Origin: Pseudobdellovibrionaceae bacterium
GTDB lineage: Bacteria; Bdellovibrionota; Bdellovibrionia; Bdellovibrionales; UBA1609
NCBI GenBank assembly: GCA_030591685.1
Contig: JAUVAX010000015.1
Location: forward strand, 1-49,850
Direction: 5' to 3'
DNA: 49,850 bases
This document shows, in pieces, positions 9,399-18,860 of this stretch (its first letter is position 1; every line of letters begins with the position of its first letter). Made by a program: the position numbers and the translations under genes. The notes under the pieces are model-generated. The model had not been told where the DNA came from. It saw only the letters and a program-made list of their open reading frames with translations, and ran no database searches.

Positions 9399-10757
9399 TT
9401 ACGCAGCTTGTTTCGTTGCGACAGCTCTTAAATTAATGGCACTTTTTAATAAAATCACAAAACAAGTATTTCCCTCATTGGGTTCGTAAAAAAGTTCACC
9501 ATCAAGGCTTTCAATAACCCCCTTGCTGACACTTAAACTAAGTCCCGTAGACCCAACGCCCTTAGTGGTAAAAAAGGGTTGCATAACTTTACTGACGACG
9601 TCCTGTTCAATGCCAAAGCCTGAATCTATGACTTTTATTCTAATATCCTCCCCCTTAATTTGGGTTGAAACTTCAATCCAAGGGTGTTTTTGGTCACTAA
9701 TAGAGTCAATAGAGTTATTTATAAGGCTTAAAATAACCTGCTCTAACTTTACCCTATGGGTAAATACCTTAATTGTTGGGTGGATGTTTAGGTGAATTTC
9801 TATATTTTTAGACTTGAGCTTCTCTCCGACAAAATTGAGGACATCATCAACTATTCTCTGAGCCGTGTGAAGGTGCTTTTCTGAGTATTTATCTTCGTTT
9901 GAAAAGATTAAAAGAGATTCAGTTATTTTAGCTATCCTCTGAGTGGTTTCTAAAACCCGATTGAGTGCGTGGTTCACCTTAATATAATCAGGGTGTTCTT
10001 TTTGGAGTTGGAGTTTCACATTCTCAGTAAAACCCTGGATAATGGCGAGCGGGTTATTTATCTCGTGAGCAACGCCCCCGGCGAGTTCGCCAATGGTCCC
10101 CATTTTTTGCTGTTGAATCATTTTTGATTGAGATTTGTTAAGCTCTCTATAAGCTCTTTCTTGTGAATCTTTAAAAAAAGCAGCCATAACAAATAAAAAA
10201 GCACCTGTGAGTAAAAGGGCCGTGAAGTGAAAATAAAAATAACCATGGGTCTCAAATGCAGGTGCTGAAAACCACTTAAAGTAACTAGAGGCGAAGAGGA
10301 CGCACATGCTAGCGAGAGTCAGAGTGGCCCAAAGTTTTGCCTGTTGAGTTGTCCCAAAGTAAAGAGCATTAAGAGGGACTATAAACAGGTAGATAGTAAT
10401 GTATGAGGCCAGTCCCCCTGTTCGAGCCGCAAAATGTAAAATAGTAATAAGTTGAGTAAACAGTGAAAGATGGTATGAAAAGCGAAAGTACTTTTTTAAA
10501 AAACGTTCGCTACAAAGAGGTATAAATAGTAAACTAAGCAGTGAGCCCACGAGTGCAATATCAGATCTTTGAAAGTAAAATACAGAGACAAGCGAGTAAA
10601 TTGAACCCGTACAGATATATGTAATGTGAAGGCTTTTTAAAAATAAAAACCTGCTTTGAGTCTTTAGTTTTGAGTTCAAGGCATTTACTAAAATCATAAC
10701 CACATATCGGGTATTACAGAGCAGTAAGTGAGAGGGTTCTAAATTTGGGACACCCAT
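9399..10757 (-). CDS. membrane sensor histidine kinase (start uncertain)
   Basis: Multiple TM helices, H-box GVAHEINNPL, N-box, DSGFGI, PFFTTK. Confidence 0.88.
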   Translation of the reverse strand: MGVPNLEPSHLLLCNTRYVVMILVNALNSKLKTQSRFLFLKSLHITYICTGSIYSLVSVFYFQRSDIALVGSLLSLLFIPLCSERFLKKYFRFSYHLSLFTQLITILHFAARTGGLASYITIYLFIVPLNALYFGTTQQAKLWATLTLASMCVLFASSYFKWFSAPAFETHGYFYFHFTALLLTGAFLFVMAAFFKDSQERAYRELNKSQSKMIQQQKMGTIGELAGGVAHEINNPLAIIQGFTENVKLQLQKEHPDYIKVNHALNRVLETTQRIAKITESLLIFSNEDKYSEKHLHTAQRIVDDVLNFVGEKLKSKNIEIHLNIHPTIKVFTHRVKLEQVILSLINNSIDSISDQKHPWIEVSTQIKGEDIRIKVIDSGFGIEQDVVSKVMQPFFTTKGVGSTGLSLSVSKGVIESLDGELFYEPNEGNTCFVILLKSAINLRAVATKQAA

Positions 10758-10853
10758 AGATTATGTTTTAAATTAAGCTCCGTAAACTTAATAAACAAAC
10801 TCACCCACCTAGTGAGTCGCCTAGACTTAAGCCATGGTGATAACGTTATTTTT

Positions 10854-11849
10854 TTACTTATGGGTATTTGAGTCAGAGGTTTGGGTAAATTTTTGTTTTA
10901 TTTTACGAATCAATCGAGCCTCCATTTGCCGGACAGCTTCGCGGCTCACACCATTTTTTTGGCCAATTTCTTGTAAAGTCATTGGTTCGTCAGAGAGCAG
11001 TCGGGCCTCTAGGAGTTCAAGCTCTCTTTCATTAAGGTCGGCTTTGAGTTCATCAATAACCTCATGTAGATTTTGTATTTCTTCTAAATGTCCAAGGGCT
11101 AAATCTAGTGAACCCTCTTCACTTTTAGACTGAAAGTCCATTAAGGTTGTTTTGCCCTCGGGGTCTAAGGGAGTGTCTAAGCTGATATCACGCCCTCGCA
11201 TTCGCTGCTCCATGATTTCGATTTCAGACTCGGGGATGTCAAGCTTTCCGCTCAATTGCTTGATGACGGTTTGGGCCCCTAATCGATCCATTTTTTCCCG
11301 TTCTTTTTGTAAGCGATAAAATAGCTTTCTTTGGTTTTGTGTGGTTCCAATTTTTACCATAGAATACTGCTTCATTAGGTACTCTTGAATATGTCCTCTT
11401 ATCCACCACACAGCATAGGTAATAAGTTTAACGCCCTTGTAGGGGTTAAAATCTTTAACCGCTTGCATAAGGCCAACATTTCCCTCCTGAACAAGGTCAA
11501 TGAGGCGGGTTCCGAACTTAGAGTACTCAGACGCCACTTTAACAACAAATCGCAAATTACTAGTTACAAGTACTTCAGCGGCCTTTGGGTCTTTAGATTC
11601 ATAGTATTTTACGGCCCACTCACGCTCTTCTTCGCGGGTTAAAAGGGGGTATTTGCTGATTTCCTGCATATACCTGGTGATGGGGTCTGTTGGTGCAATG
11701 GCCTTTTCATCAGCCTTGGGGGCTGTGAGTTCTTTTTCAATGCTATCTGCAAGGGCATCTTCAGGGAGTATGACTTCAGTTGTTACGGCCTCAGGGGCAG
11801 AAGCCTTACGCCGGGGCTTTATTTTTTTTTTACTTTTAAACAAGGCCAT
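10854..11849 (-). CDS. rpoH: RNA polymerase sigma-32 family factor
   Basis: NLRFVVKVA, DLVQEGNVGLM, RpoH box TTQNQRKLFYRL, region 4 TLQEIG..GVSREAVRQ. Confidence 0.88.
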   Translation of the reverse strand: MALFKSKKKIKPRRKASAPEAVTTEVILPEDALADSIEKELTAPKADEKAIAPTDPITRYMQEISKYPLLTREEEREWAVKYYESKDPKAAEVLVTSNLRFVVKVASEYSKFGTRLIDLVQEGNVGLMQAVKDFNPYKGVKLITYAVWWIRGHIQEYLMKQYSMVKIGTTQNQRKLFYRLQKEREKMDRLGAQTVIKQLSGKLDIPESEIEIMEQRMRGRDISLDTPLDPEGKTTLMDFQSKSEEGSLDLALGHLEEIQNLHEVIDELKADLNERELELLEARLLSDEPMTLQEIGQKNGVSREAVRQMEARLIRKIKQKFTQTSDSNTHK

Positions 11850-11864
11850 ACATTACCTCGGGGG

Positions 11865-12170
11865 TCACCCTAGGGCTTGAGAGAGTTTTTTTTCTAAAGT
11901 ATTTTTTATGAGCCCCTTCATAAGGGCAAACTTCATGGGCAAGTCAAGGGTTAAGCTCACCTCACTGCCCGGTGAATTTTCAGTCACGGCAATAATGGCC
12001 GAAAACACATGACCCTTAGCTATGCCTGTTTTTTGAGATTCATTAAAATTAATTTGCAAGTTAGGGTCAATTTTTTTTAAGTCATCACTCATTGTTAAAA
12101 AGTTTTTAACTTTTATAAATGTTTCATTTGCACTAGTTGCTGTCGTAGATTTTATATTTATCTTTGGCAT
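11865..12170 (-). CDS. small protein resembling the polyhydroxyalkanoic-acid-system (PHA_gran_rgn) family
   Basis: About 100 aa, MPKINI... to LDLPMKFALMKGLIKNTLEKKL; resemblance by eye only. Confidence 0.55.
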   Translation of the reverse strand: MPKINIKSTTATSANETFIKVKNFLTMSDDLKKIDPNLQINFNESQKTGIAKGHVFSAIIAVTENSPGSEVSLTLDLPMKFALMKGLIKNTLEKKLSQALG

Positions 12171-12510
12171 GCTAAATACATTAATCAATAGGGGGGGGCT
12201 TGTCCAGCCCTGGGGGTCTGACTGGACGTATTGGGCCTAAAATTCACCTTAGGATAGAAATTATTTCAGACAAGAGCTCCTATAGTTAGGGTATTTTAAT
12301 TAAAATGAGTCATTGAGGGCGTAGAGGACGGTTTTTTTAGTTTTTAAGCACAGTTGGAGGAGGGGGGGTAATGTAAGCCCACTCGGGAGATGACTTGATT
12401 TAGATGGGGGGATATGAGAGGGTCCCGGGCTGTGCTTAAGGGTCAATTGCTGAGGTCTTTAATGCTTTATAAATAATAATTTAAGTGAGTCATATTAAGG
12501 GGTTTTTGTT

Positions 12511-14334
12511 TTGAAGTTTCTAAGCGAGCTAAAGCGAACGCATTACTGTACAGAACTAGGTTTATCAGATACTGACAAAAAAGTGGTCGTAATGGGCTGG
12601 GTTGATACCCGCAGGGATCACGGTGGTTTAGTTTTTGTAGACCTTCGTGACCGAACAGGGCTGTTGCAAATAGTACTAAACCCCAAAGACCCCGCTTTGT
12701 TAGAGAGTAAAAACTTTCGAGGTGAATACGTCATTGCTATACAGGGGGTAGTAAGAGCACGCCCTCAAGATATGGTGAATAAAAAATTACCAACAGGTGA
12801 AATTGAAATAGAGGCCACGCTTTGTGAAATTTTATCAAAGGCTGAAACTCCACCCTTTAAAATAAATGACCCAAAGGTTCATGAAAACCTGCGCTTAAAG
12901 TACCGTTATTTAGATTTACGCTCTTCAAGGTTACAAAAAAACTTAATGTTGCGACATAAAGTGTATCAGGTCTTACGTGAATTTTTAAACAAAGAAAAAT
13001 TCATAGAGGTTGAGACCCCCATTTTATATAAATCCACCCCTGAGGGGGCGAGGGATTATTTGGTCCCTTCGAGAGTCAACTTAGGGCAGTTCTACGCCCT
13101 CCCACAAAGCCCACAAACGTTAAAGCAGTTATTAATGATAGGCGGTATTGACCGATATTTTCAAGTGGCCAAGTGTTTTCGTGATGAGGACCTCCGGGCA
13201 GACCGTCAACCTGAATTTAGCCAAATTGATATTGAAATGAGTTTTGTTGACCAAGGCGATGTCATGGAGCTCAACGAAGCCCTTATGCGGTTTATTTGGA
13301 AGCAGGTTAAGGGTGTTGACGTGGGCCCGATCCCTCAAATGACTTATTTAGAGGCCATGAACCGTTTTGGTTGTGATAAGCCTGACTTGCGCATACCACT
13401 GGAGTTAACAGATATAACTGAGCTTGCTACAGGGTGTGGGTTTAAGGTTTTTGACGACGTTTCGTCTCGTGGTGGAGCCATCAAGGCGCTGGCCGTGCCA
13501 GGGGCGGGTGGTTTTTCTAGGGGGCAAATGGATAAGTTAACAAACTTAGCCAAAAGTTATGGCGCCAAGGGCCTTGTTTGGATTAAATCAAATGAGCTCG
13601 GTGAGTTAACTTCGCCTATAAAAAAATTCTTTGAGGATAATAAATTTAGTGAAATTTTCTCTGCAGCTGGTGGCAAAAATGGGTCTGCTGTATTTATGGT
13701 GGCCGATGATTTTGATATAACCTGTGCGGCATTGTCAGCGATACGTCTACACCTTGCTAAAGAGCTAAACTTAATAGACACCTCCAAAGACTCATTTTTA
13801 TGGGTTATTGACTTTCCGTTACTAGAGTTCAGCGCTGAAGAAAGGCGCTTTGCGGCTCGCCATCATCCTTTTACCATGCCGAGTGACGATGCTGTTGAAG
13901 GCCTGCTTTCAGGGGATGAAAATCGTTATAAAGATCTTCTCGCAAAGGCTTATGACCTTGTTTGTAATGGGCATGAAATTGGCGGTGGTAGTATTAGGAT
14001 TCATAAGGGCGAAATACAGGCCGCCATGTTTAAGTGTTTAGGTATGAGTGCTGAGGAGACAGAGCAAAGGTTTGGGTTTTTCTTAGAGGCTTTAACATAC
14101 GGAGTCCCTCCTCATGGTGGTTTTGCCTGGGGTCTTGATCGAATAGTTATGATTTTGTCAGGCACTGATGCCATACGTGACGTGATTGCCTTTCCGAAAA
14201 CAGCGAAGGCGACAGATTTAATGGCCCAAGCGCCTAGTATTGTTGACCGAGACCAATTGCAGGAGGTCGGAGTTCGTTTAAACACTCAGGCTGAAAAGGT
14301 GTTAGAAAAACTAGACAAAAATCAAGTTAAGTAA
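12511..14334 (+). CDS. aspS: aspartate--tRNA ligase
   Basis: RTHYC, RDHGGLVFVDLRD, STPEGARDYLVP, FRDEDLRADRQPEF, PPHGGFAWGLDR. Confidence 0.98.
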   Translation: MKFLSELKRTHYCTELGLSDTDKKVVVMGWVDTRRDHGGLVFVDLRDRTGLLQIVLNPKDPALLESKNFRGEYVIAIQGVVRARPQDMVNKKLPTGEIEIEATLCEILSKAETPPFKINDPKVHENLRLKYRYLDLRSSRLQKNLMLRHKVYQVLREFLNKEKFIEVETPILYKSTPEGARDYLVPSRVNLGQFYALPQSPQTLKQLLMIGGIDRYFQVAKCFRDEDLRADRQPEFSQIDIEMSFVDQGDVMELNEALMRFIWKQVKGVDVGPIPQMTYLEAMNRFGCDKPDLRIPLELTDITELATGCGFKVFDDVSSRGGAIKALAVPGAGGFSRGQMDKLTNLAKSYGAKGLVWIKSNELGELTSPIKKFFEDNKFSEIFSAAGGKNGSAVFMVADDFDITCAALSAIRLHLAKELNLIDTSKDSFLWVIDFPLLEFSAEERRFAARHHPFTMPSDDAVEGLLSGDENRYKDLLAKAYDLVCNGHEIGGGSIRIHKGEIQAAMFKCLGMSAEETEQRFGFFLEALTYGVPPHGGFAWGLDRIVMILSGTDAIRDVIAFPKTAKATDLMAQAPSIVDRDQLQEVGVRLNTQAEKVLEKLDKNQVK

Positions 14335-14354
14335 TCTCAACTTGAGACCGAAAG
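14328..14354 (+). promoter_or_regulatory. putative sigma28 (FliA) promoter
   Basis: TAAG-N15-ACCGAAAG upstream of the RBS (AGGAGG) of 14409. Confidence 0.5.
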
Positions 14355-14408
14355 GGTTTTTAAGAGCAAGAGGCTCAGTAAATAAAAAAGTCCACAGGAG
14401 GTGGGTTT

Positions 14409-14849
14409 ATGGAAAAGATCAGTGGGATCATCCCCAGTAATAGCAGAGTAAAAACCGTTGATATGTCTGAGGCTCACCCGGTTCGCCCAGGTACGCCGGC
14501 TTTTGGTCGACCCATAGGGGTTTCGCATTTAAGTAGAAATGTCACAAGAAGTAGCATAGACACACAGTTACTCAACGAGAGCCTTTCTACAAGACAGCGA
14601 TCAGAGCTTGAGCGCGCTCGAATTGTTGAGGATGTATCGTCAGGGTTTTTTATGCACAAAAAACCAGAGGTCAGCGTGTCAGAACCAGCAGTCACATTTG
14701 CTGTTTCTGAGCCAGCAATAGAGCAAAACCAAAGGTACAATGAGTACGAGGTCGAGCCTAATGGCAACGAATTTGACACTCAAAGTGCTGAGCCTGAGGG
14801 TGGCAACGAGTATTTAGCCCCAGGCAGTTACATAGACGTAGCTGTATAA
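14409..14849 (+). CDS. hypothetical protein
   Basis: Strong RBS AGGAGG, 146 aa, acidic tail ending GSYIDVAV. Confidence 0.75.
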   Translation: MEKISGIIPSNSRVKTVDMSEAHPVRPGTPAFGRPIGVSHLSRNVTRSSIDTQLLNESLSTRQRSELERARIVEDVSSGFFMHKKPEVSVSEPAVTFAVSEPAIEQNQRYNEYEVEPNGNEFDTQSAEPEGGNEYLAPGSYIDVAV

Positions 14850-14870
14850 TTTATTTTTAAAAGACGAGCC

Positions 14871-15989
14871 TCATTTATCAAGCTGGTAAATGGGGTCAAT
14901 TAAAAAACCAAACTTCTCAAGCGACGTGATTTTGTAAATACCCCTGAGCTGTCGCTTGGATTCAATTAATTCTGTTTGCACAATATAATCAAGACCAAGT
15001 TTGATAAGCCCTCTTATGGCATCAATGCTCCATTGAGGGGCGCCTATTTGTACGAGGACTTCAAGTCTCCATAGGGCCTGTTGTGGGTCGCCGGCGTGCA
15101 ATGTTGAAAGGCTTCCTTTGTGCCCCGTGGAGAGGGCTAATATGTAGTCCTTGGCCTCACCACCTCTGAGTTCACCCATGATAATCCTCTCAGGCCTCAT
15201 GCGTAGAGATTCAATAATTAGATCTGTTTGATTAAATTTTTTTAAAAGATTATTTGGGTCACTGCGAGTCAGCAGTTTTGTACTGGCGTGATTGGGTAGG
15301 GTTAGCTCGCTCGTGTCCTCGATGGTGACGACCCTTTCGTTAATAGGCAGGTGCTGCAAAAAGGCATTTAATACAGAGGTTTTACCAGAGCCTGTTGGCC
15401 CGATAATGAGTATGTTTTGTTTTTTAGTGATTAATGATTTTAAGGTGTTTATGGCTATCTCTGGGGCCCAGCCAGTTTTTAATAGTTGCGATAAACACCA
15501 GGGGTTTTTAGGGTGACGCCTTAAACACAGCTGCGTGTACTCCGGAACAAGTGGTGGGTTTATGAGGTGAAGTCTAAAATTTTGCCAAGATCCATTAGCG
15601 CAAGGGGCTTCAAGGTTTAGGGTTACGTTTGCCTTTTGGCAAATACGATGAATAAAGTTGGCATAAGAGAGGTCTGAGAAAAAATGATCCTCGTGCTTTC
15701 TCAGTTCACCATGGCGTTCATACCAAATCTCACGGGGGCTGTTAATAATAATTTCAGTGATGCTCTCGTCAGTAATAATTTTTTGCAATGGCCCAAAGTA
15801 TAAAAACTCACTCGTTAACCGGTCAGCATCGTAGGGGGATAGGTCTTTTGAGTACTTACTTAAAAGTTGAGGCAGTAGTGATTGCTCTTGTTCTTGCAAA
15901 TAAGATGGATCTGTAATGAGGTGTATCTCTGACCCATTTTGTAATTCATCAGAGATTTGAAGGAAAGCTTTTTTAAGACTCTCCATCAC
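14871..15989 (-). CDS. cpaF: Tad/Flp pilus assembly ATPase CpaF/TadA
   Basis: ITEIIIN, Walker A GPTGSGKT, TIEDTSEL, LRMRPERIIMGELRG, TGH..STLHA. Confidence 0.9.
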   Translation of the reverse strand: MMESLKKAFLQISDELQNGSEIHLITDPSYLQEQEQSLLPQLLSKYSKDLSPYDADRLTSEFLYFGPLQKIITDESITEIIINSPREIWYERHGELRKHEDHFFSDLSYANFIHRICQKANVTLNLEAPCANGSWQNFRLHLINPPLVPEYTQLCLRRHPKNPWCLSQLLKTGWAPEIAINTLKSLITKKQNILIIGPTGSGKTSVLNAFLQHLPINERVVTIEDTSELTLPNHASTKLLTRSDPNNLLKKFNQTDLIIESLRMRPERIIMGELRGGEAKDYILALSTGHKGSLSTLHAGDPQQALWRLEVLVQIGAPQWSIDAIRGLIKLGLDYIVQTELIESKRQLRGIYKITSLEKFGFLIDPIYQLDK

Positions 15990-17323
15990 ATCGACTCAAT
16001 ATTTAGTTTATCATCCCAACCTTGGGGTCTGTTTTTCAGAGGGTTTATGTGCTTTTCGCCCTCTTCAACAATAGAGGGGGTGATGAACACCACGAGTTCT
16101 GATTTTTTATTCAAGTAGTTTTCGCTTTTAAAAAGAGGCCCTAAAATAGGTAGGCGTTGTAAAAATAATAGCCCTGACGAATCAGTATGGCTCTCCTGTT
16201 TAAGAAGTCCTGAAAGTATAATAGTTTGCGAGCTTTTTAGATCAATGTGTGACGAAATGCGATGTTTCTTTATGCTCGGTATCTGTGAATCGCTGTGTGC
16301 CTTATCAAGGCTAGAAATTTCAGTGTTCACTTTTATGCTCATTTGCCCAGTAAGGTCAGCTTTTGGTTTCACTTTTAAAATAATCCCATAGGGTTTCCAT
16401 GTGACTTGAGTGCTTTTAAATCCGAAGGACTTAATAGGGATCTCGCCGCCAGCAAAAAACTCAGCCTCGCTACCACTTCGTGTGAGTATTGTTGGTGAGG
16501 CGAGGGTTTTGCTTAGCCCCTTTGCCTCTAGGCTTTGCAGGGTCACCTCAACTGGTGAGAGAGTGTGACTTGATAGGTTCGCCTTGTAGGAGTCCGGCCA
16601 TGAAATGCCAAAGTGATTTGAGGATTCTTTTAACAACTCAACAACTAGAATTTTAATTTTAATCATTGGTTTGAGGCCGATTGTGTTTTCAACAAATTTT
16701 GGCTTTAACCCAAAGGGTTTTAAAAAATATGTAAGGTCTTGTTTGTAGAGGTTTTGTTTTTTAGAAAAGTGAATCGCTACATAGGGGGTAAATATAAGTT
16801 GTCCTACGGGCAGGTGGTTTTTTTTAAAAATCATCTGCAAGTGGGCCTCAAATAACTGAGTAAGTTCTGGCTCTAGTTGGGCATTGAATACATAAGATAC
16901 ATTTGTGTTTTGCAAGTGCTGGGCGATATAGAGCCAATCAGAAAGTCTATATAAATGCCCTGTAAGAACGATATCACCCCGATGATAAGTAAGCTTTAGG
17001 CCTAAAAAATTTTTTATAATACCCTTTAATTGGGTGTAGTTTTCGTAATTTTCGTGAGTCAGTATAAGTATTTGAAAGTTCTTATGGCCCACTCGCAATT
17101 GGCTCTGGCCTTGCTTTTTACCAGTAATTAAAAGGGTGAGCCCTAAGTCACGCACTTTTATGATCGCCCCGTTTTGAATATGGACAGAGTCACCGGGTGA
17201 AACTTTTAGTCTTGTCGACCCCCCTGATTTAAGTACAATATCTACACGTTCTGCATTGGCTATACACAGGCTTGGTCCTATAAATATTGTGATCGCAAGA
17301 GTAAGATAAATAAAAAATTTCAT
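15986..17323 (-). CDS. cpaC: Tad secretin CpaC/RcpA
   Basis: Signal peptide, LASPTILTRSG..AEFFAGGEIP, LPILGPLFKS, ELVVFITP. Confidence 0.88.
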   Translation of the reverse strand: MKFFIYLTLAITIFIGPSLCIANAERVDIVLKSGGSTRLKVSPGDSVHIQNGAIIKVRDLGLTLLITGKKQGQSQLRVGHKNFQILILTHENYENYTQLKGIIKNFLGLKLTYHRGDIVLTGHLYRLSDWLYIAQHLQNTNVSYVFNAQLEPELTQLFEAHLQMIFKKNHLPVGQLIFTPYVAIHFSKKQNLYKQDLTYFLKPFGLKPKFVENTIGLKPMIKIKILVVELLKESSNHFGISWPDSYKANLSSHTLSPVEVTLQSLEAKGLSKTLASPTILTRSGSEAEFFAGGEIPIKSFGFKSTQVTWKPYGIILKVKPKADLTGQMSIKVNTEISSLDKAHSDSQIPSIKKHRISSHIDLKSSQTIILSGLLKQESHTDSSGLLFLQRLPILGPLFKSENYLNKKSELVVFITPSIVEEGEKHINPLKNRPQGWDDKLNIESM

Positions 17324-17563
17324 CCCCAGTGACTCCCTTTTACGTCCACACTAGACAATGAATACAAAAACAGTACCAGGCTTTATATGCAATAGGCTTA
17401 TATTTGGCAAAACAAGTCTTCGGTTTTAAGTGAGATACCCTCGAATATCGGACAGATTTTTAAGTAGATAGCCCTCAAATATTTAAGCCTACATGATAAG
17501 GTCTCTAGCCTGAAAGAGGCGCGCTTTTTAGTCTTGAGGTTATGAAGTTTTACTATTCGTTTT

Positions 17564-17608
17564 TTAAAAATTAAAAATTAAAAATTAAAAATTAAAAATT
17601 AAAAATTA
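17564..17608. repeat. heptamer tandem repeat (TTAAAAA)x6 plus TTA
   Basis: Six perfect copies read directly from the sequence, abutting the stop codon of the hybrid kinase. Confidence 0.95.
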
Positions 17609-18694
17609 CAAACTAAATGACACCGTAGTGGTTGCGCCATTGGGGTTTATGTTGAGGTTTGAGTTAAGTAGCCCTAAAAGGGCCTGACATATAGAGAGCC
17701 CCAGCCCCGTACCGGTGGTGTGGTTTAAGGCCTTTTCATCCAGAGTAAAGGGCTTAAGTAGAAGCTTAGTTTTTTTAGGGTCAATGGCTTTACCAGTACT
17801 TTCTATTTTAAACTCAATTTGGTTTTTAATTTTCAGGGCACTTATGTTGATTTTAGAGTTTTTGTCGCTAAATTTAACTGCATTGTCGATAAGGTGAGAG
17901 GTGACCTTGAGTAAAATCTCCTTATCAGTACTCAGCGGCTGAGCCCCTAGGTTTAGGTTTAACTGTAAACCCTTTTTTTCAATAAGCTCTTTATAGGGTA
18001 AGAGGGCCTCGTTAAAAATAGTGATAGGGTTGATTTTTTTTATGTGAACGGGTGTTTGCCCTGTTTCGGCATTAATAAGCTCAAGGCTGTCGTTAATAAG
18101 TCGGTTAAGTCTATGAGTGGCCTCATCAATGCGAGAGAGGGATTTTTGTTGTACTTTATCAAGCGTGGACTCTTGTAAAAGTTGTGAGTAGCTAGAAATA
18201 ACAGTCAGTGGTGTTTTTAACTCATGGTTAATAAGTAGCATAAAATTATTTTTAGACTCATCAAGAGCTTTGAGCTCATCAAGGGCTATTTGCAATTGCT
18301 CGTTTTTATTTTTTAGCTCGGCCCGCAAGTTGTACTTTTCTGCAGACTTATCAACGGTGTTGAGCAGGTCAATGGGGTCCCAGGGTTTTGTGACATATCT
18401 ATATATTTGACCCGCATTTATGGCCTCTATTATTGATTCAACGTCAGTAAATCCAGTTAAAAGTATTCGAATTGAGTGAGGTTGAATAGGGATAGATTTT
18501 TTTAAAAACTCAACCCCCGTCATGCCAGGCATTCGTTGGTCACTAATAATGATGGTCATTTGATTTTTTTTCAAAATCTCTAAACCCTCAAGGCCAGAGG
18601 TGGCTTTAAACACAGTATAGGATTTTCTAAAAAGTCGCTCGAGGGCCTCTATATTATCAATCTCATCATCTATTAAAAGAATATTTTGTTTCAT
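17606..18694 (-). CDS. hybrid response regulator/histidine kinase (REC-HisKA-HATPase)
   Basis: LLIDDE, IISDQRMPGMTG, KPW, NHELKTPL, DNAVKFS, GTGLGL. ORF track starts at 18712. Confidence 0.92.
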   Translation of the reverse strand: MKQNILLIDDEIDNIEALERLFRKSYTVFKATSGLEGLEILKKNQMTIIISDQRMPGMTGVEFLKKSIPIQPHSIRILLTGFTDVESIIEAINAGQIYRYVTKPWDPIDLLNTVDKSAEKYNLRAELKNKNEQLQIALDELKALDESKNNFMLLINHELKTPLTVISSYSQLLQESTLDKVQQKSLSRIDEATHRLNRLINDSLELINAETGQTPVHIKKINPITIFNEALLPYKELIEKKGLQLNLNLGAQPLSTDKEILLKVTSHLIDNAVKFSDKNSKINISALKIKNQIEFKIESTGKAIDPKKTKLLLKPFTLDEKALNHTTGTGLGLSICQALLGLLNSNLNINPNGATTTVSFSL

Positions 18695-18771
18695 TATGAA
18701 ATGATAATGCATCTTGGGAGATATTTTGAGTAAAAAAGTGTCTAGATATAGGTCTAGAAGTGTCTATTTTT

Positions 18772-18799
18772 TAAAGACTTGAGTTTCAGATGTCGATCA
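18772..18799 (+). promoter_or_regulatory. possible sigma28-like promoter
   Basis: TAAA-N16-GTCGATCA about 60 bp upstream of 18861; spacer is one base longer than canonical. Confidence 0.35.
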
Positions 18800-18860
18800 A
18801 ACCTTAGACAAAAAGCTCCTAAAGGGCTTTAAGTATTGAAATTGTGAGGGGATTGTTCCT

